Below, piece by piece: positions 1-10,000 of a stretch of DNA of 64,000 nt. Position 1 is the first letter of the stretch; each line of letters starts with the position of its first letter. A program made the position numbers and the translations under genes. The notes under the pieces were generated by a model that worked only from the letters and a program-made list of their open reading frames with translations, made no database searches and was not told the DNA's origin. The DNA comes from Macrostomum lignano (Eukaryota), in contig NIVC01000946.1 of the NCBI GenBank assembly GCA_002269645.1, forward strand, positions 62,001 through 126,000, given 5' to 3'.

Positions 1-235
1 TATCCAGATCCCCAATCCCATTCACCAGCGTCCCTTATCCCATATTATCCAGATCCCCAATCCCATTCACCAGCGTCCCTTATCCCATATTATCCAGATC
101 CCTAATCCCGTTCCCCAGTGTCCCTTATCACATATGACCTATATTCCTATTCCCTAATCCCGTTCCCCAGTGTCCCTTATCCCATATTATCCATATCCCT
201 AATCCCACCCCCCAGTTTCCCTTATCCCACTAAAC
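1..235 (+). repeat. ~45-bp tandem repeat in the intron upstream of the YTHDC1 last exon
   Basis: Unit TATCCAGATCCCCAATCCCATTCACCAGCGTCCCTTATCCCATAT recurs at 1 and 46, then decays; truncated by the window start. Confidence 0.85.
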
Positions 236-564
236 TTAACATTCTGACTTCGGCATATTATCCATTTGATTTACTCTCAACAAAAAGCAGAAAAGATTAT
301 TCACCGCTCTAAACATTGGATGTGTATTTATAAGGGCTTAACTTACTACTTTGATTAGTAGCTTACGAGCGATACTATTCACAGGTAAGTATGAGCTAAT
401 GGGTTGTCAATAAAGAATGAAGTTGTCAAGTGATTTCCAAGCAAAAGGTAAGATGCTTCTTTGCAAGAAACGACAGCACTGATAGAAGAAAACTGATATT
501 TTAAAGCAGACTTTAATTCCCAAAACCCTCCCCCCCAAATCCTTGACACGCAATTCGAACCCAG

Positions 565-1800
565 GGCTACGCCAGGCTGGCCGGCCCATCGGAGAAATCC
601 AGCAACCGGGTGAACTGGGTCCTGCCGCCCGGCCTCAGCCATCGCGCTCTCAGCGGCACCTTTCGCATCGACTGGCTCAGCCGTAGGGAGCTGCGCTTCA
701 ATAAAACTGGCCACCTATTGAACGCTTGGAACGAATTTAAACCGGTGAAAATCGGTCGCGATGGCCAGGAGATTGAGCCGGGCGTTGGCCAAGCCCTGTG
801 CCGCCTGTTCCATCTCGATCCCGATTGCGATCTGGATCGCCTGGTTGACCGCACCAAGTCCAGGCGCAGGGTCAACTTGCCTCATCATCACCATCATCAC
901 CAGCAGCAGCAGCAGCAGCATCATCAGCATTACCCGCCCCCGATGATGGCGCCGCACGGGCAGCCGCTGATGCCGCCCAATCAGCAGCAGCTGCCGTATC
1001 TTCAACAGCCGGCTTCGCTGCCTCCGCCGCCGCTGCCGCCCTCCCAGTCGATGGACCGGCCGCCGAGAGCGCCGTCGCCGCCCTCTACAGATCGTCGCCG
1101 ATCGCCGCCTGGCGAGCGTCGCCGACATCAGCAGCGTCATCGAAGCCATCGCGACTCTGGTTCGTCTTCGTCTAGGCGACGTCGCCGATCTAGCGAAGGC
1201 GGCAGTCGTCGGTCAAGAAGCCAGTCTCGACGATCAAGGAGCCGGCCTCGCCGATCGCGAAGTCCGCCGAAAGGCGGCAACGGCGACATTCAAGGCGTCG
1301 GCAAAGAGACGTTCATCAATGGCAGCTATCAGGACTACCTGAGACAGTTCGGCTCAGCCGTGTCCAACCCGGCTGATCAGGCATCTCAGCAGCAGCCGCC
1401 ATCGCAGCAGCAGATGCAATATGCGGCTTATGGCTACCAGCAGTACCCAGCTGCTGCCAATCCCTATGCCGCGATGATGTACGGCCAGGCTCAGTACATG
1501 ATGCCCGGCCAGCAGCAGGCTATGTACGCCTACCAGCAGCAGCAGCAGTTCCAGGTGCAGCAGCAGGTGCAGCAGCCTCAACTCTCTGCCGAGGATTACG
1601 AGAAGCGCGTCAACGAGTTTCTCCAGCGCACTACCGGGGCCGCTCCAGGTGCCGCCGCGGCTTCCGCAGCCACCGCGGCTGCTTTATCTAGTAGCGGCGG
1701 CGACAGTCCGAGCTCATCGGACGATGACGGCGGCCGCTCTTCGTCAAGCCGCAGTCGACGTCGTCGACGACGACGTTCTCGATCGTCTTCTCGACGCTGA
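565..1800 (+). CDS. YTHDC1: YTH domain-containing protein 1 (nuclear m6A reader), terminal coding exon; 5' exons lie upstream of the window
   Basis: Acceptor CCAG at 561-564, then GYARL...NWVLPPGLSHRALSGTFRIDWLSRRELRFNKTGHLLNAWNEFKPVKIGRDGQEIE, matching the C-terminal half of the YTHDC1 YTH domain (GFARL/WVLP/KPVKIGRDGQEIE). Also the YTHDC1-type motifs NGSYQDYLRQF and DYEKRVNEFLQRT, plus RS-, P- and Q/H-rich tracts. Stop TGA 1798-1800; AATAAA at 3081. Confidence 0.95.
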   Translation, partial: GYARLAGPSEKSSNRVNWVLPPGLSHRALSGTFRIDWLSRRELRFNKTGHLLNAWNEFKPVKIGRDGQEIEPGVGQALCRLFHLDPDCDLDRLVDRTKSRRRVNLPHHHHHHQQQQQQHHQHYPPPMMAPHGQPLMPPNQQQLPYLQQPASLPPPPLPPSQSMDRPPRAPSPPSTDRRRSPPGERRRHQQRHRSHRDSGSSSSRRRRRSSEGGSRRSRSQSRRSRSRPRRSRSPPKGGNGDIQGVGKETFINGSYQDYLRQFGSAVSNPADQASQQQPPSQQQMQYAAYGYQQYPAAANPYAAMMYGQAQYMMPGQQQAMYAYQQQQQFQVQQQVQQPQLSAEDYEKRVNEFLQRTTGAAPGAAAASAATAAALSSSGGDSPSSSDDDGGRSSSSRSRRRRRRRSRSSSRR

Positions 1801-2014
1801 GACGCTCCGGTTCTCTTCTTTACTATTGGACACCTGTTTTTGTTGAAGCATTGGTTTATTTTTAAACTAATTTTACTGTAGTATGAAATTAAGCTGCCTA
1901 GCATCAGTACGCTCGTAAAGCTTGTAATGTTGACCTAATTGTATGTGTTGCTTGTTTCATTAATGTCTAAATGCCTCGGGACTCGAAAAGCGTTACTTTG
2001 ACTAGTATATTAAT

Positions 2015-2670
2015 AGAAATTGGTAATATAGTAGTAGTAGTAATAGTAGTAGTAATAGTAGTAGTAGTAGTAGTAGTAGCAGTAGTAGTAGTAGTAGCAG
2101 TAGTTGTAGCAGTAGTAGTAGTAGTAGTAGTAATAGTAGTAGTAGTAATAGTAGTAGTATTTGTAATAGTAGTAGTATTAGTAGTAGCAGTAGTAGTAGC
2201 AGTAGTAGTAGTAGTAGTAGTAGTAATAGTAGTAGTATTTGTAATAGTAGTAGTATTAGTAGTAGTAGTATTATTAATAGTAGTAATAGTAGTAATATTA
2301 GTAGTAATAGTACTACTAACTATTATACTATTACTACTACCATACTACTAATGTTACTACTACTATAATATACACTACTATCTTTACTACTGTATTATTA
2401 CTACTACTATACTACTATTACTAATACTACTAGTAGTAATAGTAGTAATATTAGTAGTATTAGTAATAGTAATATTAGTAGTAATAGTTTTAGTAAGTAA
2501 GTTAGTAGTAACTATTATTACTACTAATATTACTACTATTACTACTAGTAGTATTAGTAATAGTAGTATAGTAGTAGTAATAATACAGTAGTAAAGATAG
2601 TAGTGTATATTATAGTAGTAGTAACATTAGTAGTATGGTAGTAGTAATAGTATAATAGTAAAGTAAAGTA
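2015..2670. repeat. Degenerate (AGT)n/(TAC)n microsatellite containing a perfect 141-bp inverted repeat
   Basis: Trinucleotide array that switches strand; 2319-2459 is the exact reverse complement of 2519-2659. Confidence 0.95.
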
Positions 2671-3179
2671 TAGTAAAAAACTCCTTTTACAACTTTAGCT
2701 ACGCAGAATGGAAGCAGCGTAAGACAGCTTTGGCCCTACGAGCGTTTTTCCTCAGTAATGCAGAATAACGCGTAGCCTCCGACACTCCATTTAGACGTTT
2801 AGACGTAACAAAAAATGGTGGCATATTGTTTAAGTTATTTCTACTGTCAGCATGATTTTAAATTCATTTCTGCTTTTTGAAGGTAATATGTTCTCTCAAT
2901 TTAAAGCGATGAAAATACTTAGAAAGTCCATTAATTAGTAGCAATAAGCCATGCCATGTTTTGTATTTGTCTAATGCCTAACATAACTGCTTTTACTCTC
3001 TGAACTCTTGTTGTGTGTGAACTCTTGTTGTGTGTGTGTATATGTCTTTATTTATGTTTTATGGTCGTGTTACTAACACTAATAAATTGAAATCTGTAAT
3101 GTTCTTGAAAGTCTTTGATTATTTTCTTTTTATTTCTATGTATACTGCTCTCAGGTAGATTTATTAGAGTAATCAGAAT

Positions 3180-3830
3180 CATTAGGCTGATTCTCTATGG
3201 TTTAGGGCTGATTCTCTATGGTTTAGGGCTGATTCTCTGTGGTTTAGGGCTGATTCTCAGTGGTTTAGGGCTGATTCTCTATGGTTTAGGGCTGATTCTC
3301 TATGGTTTAGGGCTGATTCTCTATGGTTTAGGGCTGATTCTCAGTGGTTTAGGGCTGATTCTCTATGGTTTAGGGCTGATTCTCTATCGTTTAGGGCTGA
3401 TTCTCTATGGTTTAGGGCTGATTCTCTATGGTTTAGGGCTGATTCTCAGTGGTTTAGGGCTGATTCTCTATGGTTTAGGGCTGATTCTCAGTGGTTTAGG
3501 GCTGATTCTCTATGGTTTAGGGCTGATTCTCTATCGTTTAGGGCTGATTCTCTATGGTTTAGGGCTGATTCTCTATCGTTTAGGGCTGATTCTCTATCGT
3601 TTAGGGCTGATTCTCTATGGTTTAGGGCTGATTCTCTATCGTTTAGGGCTGATTCTCTATGGTTTAGGGCTGATTCTCTATGGTTTAGGGCTGATTCTCT
3701 ATGGTTTAGGGCTGATTCTCTATCGTTTAGGGCTGATTCTCAGTGGTTTAGGGCTGATTCTCAGTGGTTTAGGGCTGATTCTCAGTGTGGTTTAGGGCTG
3801 ATTCTCAGTGGTTTAGGGCTGATTCTCAGT
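3180..3830 (+). repeat. 21-bp minisatellite containing TTAGGG
   Basis: Unit GGTTTAGGGCTGATTCTCTAT, about 30 copies; source of the spurious 3115..3795 ORF. Confidence 0.95.
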
Positions 3831-4054
3831 GTGGTTTACGGTTGATTTTCACAGTAGTTTAAGTTTTCTAACAGTCTAGTCCAATTCCGAGAAGATAGAA
3901 ATAGAATTTTTTAGTTTTAGAACATTTTATTACATTTAATTTTAGTCTGAGTTTGATATTAAATTAAAGCATTAAACATTAAACTTCTTGTGCATTGCTG
4001 ATCAACACGTTTTGATAAATCAACAAGCTATATTTATCTTCAGTTGTATTGTCA

Positions 4055-7000
4055 ATGACATCCCTGCAAGAAATGTAAGTTAAAATTGAAATTGTACTTG
4101 TTATTTCACTCTTGTTGCGTTGCTTTTCTGTTAATAACTTTTCGGTCAGTGACCGTTTGGGTCAGTGACCGTTTGGGTCAGTGACTGTTTGGGTCAGTGA
4201 CTGTTTGGGTCAGTGACTGTTTGGGTCATTGATTGTTTGGGTTATTGAATGTTTGGGTCAGTGACTGTTTGGGTCATTGATTGTTTGGGTTATTGACTGT
4301 TTGGGTTATTGACTGTTTGGGTCAGTGATTGTTTGGGTCATTGACTGTTTGGGTCAGTGACTGTTTGGGCCATTGATTGTTTGGGTTATTGAATGTTTGG
4401 GTCATTGACTGTTTGGGTCAGTGACTGTTTGGGTCATTGATTGTTTGGGTTATTGAATGTTTGGGTCATTGACTGTTTGTGTCAGTGACTGTTTGGGTCA
4501 TTGACTGTTTGGGTCAGTGACTGTTTGGGTCATTGATTGTTTGGGTTATTGAATGTTTGGGTCATTGACTGTTTGTGTCAGTGACTGTTTGGGTCATTGA
4601 CTGTTTGGGTCAGTGACTGTTTGGGTCATTGATTGTTTGGGTTATTGAATGTTTGGGTCATTGACTGTTTGTGTCAGTGACTGTTTGGGTCATTGACTGT
4701 TTGGGTCAGTGACTGTTTGGGTCATTGATTGTTTGGGTCAGTGACTGTTTAGGTCATTGACTGTTTGTGTCAGTGACTGTTTGGGTCATTGACTGTTTGG
4801 GTCAGTGACTGTTTGGGTCAGTGACTGGATCATTGACTGTTTGAGTCAGTGACAATTTATGAATTACCAGTTTAAGGTCATAAACCGTTTCCAAGTCATA
4901 GTGAATCAGAATAAAAGTCCCGACCGTCCCTCCCGCCAGAGCGTGCACCGGCCAGTCGGACTCCAGCTCGTTCAGCCTGCGCCCCGGCCGGGTGCACGTC
5001 ACGGCCAGTCAGGCCTCAAATTCTGGCGCCGAGCAGCGCCAGGCGGACGCCCGAATTCGAGTTGTCCCAACGATAAAATTCGCTTGGACCCAGCAGTTCT
5101 ATAATGGCCATTTGGTGGCTTCGCATCACTGCCTGCCGCTGGTTGCCTACACGCTTAAAGCGGTTCGATCCTCGCACGACGAAGGCGTTGTACGCGTGTT
5201 TAATAGCAAGACTGCGGCAAAGGCTCTAATTAAGGTGTAGTACATTAGGTTGACTTGAAACTGCTTGAATATTGAGTCACTTGCACAGTCACTGAGTCAC
5301 TTGCACAATCACTGAGTCACTTGCACAGTCACTGAGTCAATTGCACCGTCACTGAGTCACTTGCACAGTCACTGAGTCACTTGCACCGTCACTGAGTCAC
5401 TTGCACAATCACTGAGTCACTTGCACAGTCACTGAGTCACTTGCACAATCACTGAGTCACTTGCACAGTCACTGAGTCACTTGCACAATCACTGAGTCAC
5501 TTGCACAGTCACTGAGTCACTTGCACAGTCACTGAGTCACTTGCACAGTCACTGAGTCACTTGCACCGTCACTGAGTCACTTGCACAATCACTGAGTCAC
5601 TTGCACAGTCACTGAGTCACTTGCACAATCACTGAGTCACTTGCACCGTCACTGAGTCACTTGCACAGTCACTGAGTCACTTGCACCGTCACTGAGTCAC
5701 TTGCACAGTTACTGAGTCACTTGCACCGTCACTGAGTCACTTGCACAGTCACTGAGTCACTTGCACAGTCACTGAGTCACTTGCACAGTTACTGAGTCAC
5801 TTGCACAATCACTGAGTCACTTGCACAGTCACTGAGTCACTTGCACAGTTACTGAGTCACTTGCACAGTCACTGAGTCACTTGCACAGTTACTGAGTCAC
5901 TTGCACAGTTACTGAGTCACTTGCACCGTCACTGAGTCACTTGCACAGTCACTGAGTCACTTGCACAGTCACTGAGTCACTTGCACAGTCACTGAGTCAC
6001 TTGCACAGTCACTGAGTCACTTGCACAGTCACTGAGTCACTTGCACAGTCACTGAGTCACTTGCACAGTTACTGAGTCACTTGCACTGTCACTGAGTCAC
6101 TTGCACAGTTACTGAGTCACTTGCACAGTTACTGAGTGTCGTCTATTTAACGTTTGAATTACGCTTTTGTCATAGTTTTCTTCCTGCTAATCAAAACCAG
6201 CTCATTAATCTGCATTTAAAATTCTCCCTGGCAATAAGCGATCATTCTTCACTGCAGGGCTACGCCAGCCGTGTTGTAGACATAGCATTCGCTCACATCG
6301 ACGACCTGCCAATCCTTGCTTCGGTTGACGGTCACGGCACTGTGCACGTCGATCTCATTCAAGACTCGCACAGCGCCGAGTCATTGCTTACCCGCCGTCT
6401 GGTGACGGTCACGCGCAGCGGCGGCCGAGTGTCCGAGTACCACCGACTCACCTGGTGTCCCTATATTGCTGACGCCGACGACGCCGACGACGAGGACGAG
6501 GAGGACGAAGACGATGATTTGAGTGGCTGCGGACAGAACGGAGCCTCCGCTGAGAGTCGGCGAAGCGCCAAGGCTCGCCTGCTGGCTGTGACGCACGACA
6601 ACGAGCTGAACCTGCTGGATGTGCAGAAACTGGTGTCCACCTATGCTGGCCAGGTTGTGGACTCGGACAGCCTGGATGAGCATTTTGTCAAGTTTCAGAA
6701 TCACAGCCAGGTGAGGAAATTGGGAATTTAGGGGTTTCTAAGGTATTTGTATACGGGAGGTGATGCTCAGGTGTGCGATTCTCATGGTGCACAGGTGTGC
6801 GATTCTCATGGTGCATAGGTGTGCGATTCGTGCGATTCTCATGGTGCATAAGTGTTCGATTCTCATGGTGCACAGATGGACGATTCTCATAGTGCACAGG
6901 TGTGCGATGACTTCATAGCCATGCCCCTCATGGTGCACAGGTGGGCGATTCTCATGCTTTGTTAATTACATCCTATATACTAAAAATGAGTTGTCTGTGG

Positions 7001-10000
7001 GTAGGTAGGTAGGTAGGTATGCGATAGATTTCAGAAAAAATGGCTCAACCGATTTTCTTCAAACTTGCACCATTCGATCAGAAATTTTCCTGGGACGGTA
7101 CATGCATCTTGGCTAAGAAATTGCTCAATATTAAAGGGATTAAATATTCGAAAAACATGCTTTTTTGCAAAGGTCAAGCAGCTCTTTCGACCTGAAATGC
7201 ATTGTAAGAATGCTAGAGAAAAAACTGACTGACTGAATTCCAATTGTGATAAAGATTACATCACAACCAGTTGAAAACAGTGCCGAACAAATGCACACAA
7301 AACTTGATTTAAATTGCGTAACAATATTGCTAACTTAAATTGACACTGATACTGGCTGACTGAGAAATTGATTATGTCATAACTTTTTACTCTAACCGAT
7401 TTGCTATAAGAATTTAATTATAAGGGCCACAATTCACGTATTCCAATTGACAAGAGATAGCATAGATGCGAACAGACTGGACTGCTAATGCAGCGACCTG
7501 GGTTCGAATCTTAGTAGTGCAAAAAGATTTTTTTATTCAAAAACCTTAAAAACACAAATGCTAAACACAAAAAAGCACAATGTCAAACATTAAAGAGCCA
7601 CCATGTCAAACATTAAAGAGCCACCATGTCGAACATTAAAGAGCCATCATGTCGACCATTAAAGAGCCACCATGTCGAACATTAAAGAGCCACCATGTCG
7701 AACATTAAAGAGCCACCATGTCTAACATTAAAGAGCCACCATGTAAAACATAAAAAAGCCACCATGTCAAACATAAAAGAGCCACCATGTCAAACATATA
7801 TGTGAATCCAGGTCAAACAGTAAAGAGCCACCATGTCAAACATAAAAGAGCCACCATGTCGAACATAAAAGAACCACCATGTCCAACATAAAAGAGCCAC
7901 CATGTCAAACATTAAAGAGCCTCAATGTCAAACATTAAAGAGCCACCATGTCGAATATTAAAGAGCCACCATGTCTAACATTATAGAGCCACCATGTCGA
8001 ACATTAAAGAGCCACTATGTCTAACATTAAAGAGCTACCATGTCGAATATTAAAGAGCCACCATGTCTAACATTAAAGAGCCACCATGTCGAACATTAAA
8101 GAGCCACTATGTCTAACATTAAAGAGCCACCATGTCGAATATTAAAGAGCCACCATGTCTAACATTAAAGAGCCACCATGTAAAACATAAAAAAGCCACC
8201 ATGTCAAACATAAAAGAGCCACCATGTCAAACATATATGTGAATCCAGGTCAAACAGTAAAGAGCCACCATGTCAAACATAAAAGAGCCACCATGTCGAA
8301 CATAAAAGAACCACCATGTCCAACATAAAAGAGCCACCATGTCAAACATTAAAGAGCCTCAATGTCAAACATTAAAGAGCCACCATGTCGAATATTAAAG
8401 AGCCACCATGTCTAACATTATAGAGCCACCATGTCGAACATTAAAGAGCCACTATGTCTAACATTAAAGAGCCACCATGTCGAATATTAAAGAGCCACCA
8501 TGTCTAACATTAAAGAGCCACCATGTCGAACATTAAAGAGCCACTATGTCTAACATTAAAGAGCCACCATGTCAAACATAAAAGAGCCACCATGTCAAAC
8601 ATAAAAGAGCCACCATGTCAAACATAAAAGAGCCACCATGTCAAACATATATGTGACTCCATGTCAATCAGTAAAGAGCCACCATGTCAAGCATAAAAGA
8701 GCCACCATGTCGAACATAAAAGAGCCACCATGTCAAACATATATGTGAATCCAGGTCAAACAGTAAAGAGCCACCATGTCAAACATAAAAGAGCCACCAT
8801 GTCGAACATAAAAGAACCACCATGTCCAACATAAAAGAGCCACCATGTCAAACATTAAAGAGCCTCAATGTCAAACATTAAAGAGCCACTATGTCTAACA
8901 TTAAAGAGCCACCATGTCGAATATTAAAGAGCCACCATGTCTAACATTAAAGAGCCACCATGTCGAACATTAAAGAGCCACTATGTCTAACATTAAAGAG
9001 CCTCAATGTCAAACATAAAAGAGCCACCATGTCAAACATATATGTGAATCCAGGTCAAACATTAAAGAGCCTCAATGTCAAACATTAAAGAGCCACCATG
9101 TCGAATATTAAAGAGCTACCATGTCGAATATTAAAGAGCCACCATGTCTAACATTAAAGAGCCACCATGTCGAACATTAAAGAGCCACTATGTCTAACAT
9201 TAAAGAGCCACCATGTCGAATATTAAAGAGCCACCATGTCTAACATTAAAGAGCCACCATGTAAAACATAAAAAAGCCACCATGTCAAACATAAAAGAGC
9301 CACCATGTCAAACATATATGTGAATCCAGGTCAAACAGTAAAGAGCCACCATGTCAAACATAAAAGAGCCACCATGTCGAACATAAAAGAACCACCATGT
9401 CCAACATAAAAGAGCCACCATGTCAAACATTAAAGAGCCTCAATGTCAAACATTAAAGAGCCACCATGTCGAATATTAAAGAGCCACCATGTCTAACATT
9501 ATAGAGCCACCATATCGAACATTAAAGAGCCACTATGTCTAACATTATAGAGCCACCATGTCGAATATTAAAGAGCCACCATGTCTAACATTAAAGAGCC
9601 ACCATGTCGAATATTAAAGAGCCACCATGTCTAACATTAAAGAGCCACCATGTCTAACATTAAAAAGCCACCATGTCGAACATTAAAGAGCCACCATGTC
9701 GAACATAAAAGAGCCACCACGTCAAACATTTAAGAGCCACCATGTCTAACATTAAAGTGCTACCATGTCGAAAATTAAAAAGCCATCATGTCTAACATAA
9801 AAGAGCTACCATGAAGAACATTAAAGAGCCACCTCGTAAAACATTAAAGAGCCACCTTGTCAAACATAAAAGAGCCACCATGTCAAACATATATGTGACT
9901 CCATGTCAAACAGTAAAGAGCCACCATGTCAAGCATAAAAGAGCCACCATGTAGAACATAAAAGAACCACCATGTCCAACATAAAAGAGCCACCATGTCA

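Noticed and set aside
3115-3795. 226-aa hydrophobic (GLGLILY)n ORF resembling a membrane protein
   Set aside because: Translation of the 21-bp array; TTG start and no non-repeat content.
3180-3830. Interstitial telomere
   Set aside because: TTAGGG occurs once per 21-bp unit, not as tandem (TTAGGG)n.
7455-7534. Functional tRNA-Ser gene
   Set aside because: Mismatch in the anticodon stem, no long variable arm and no pairing acceptor stem; treated as a TE-borne remnant.
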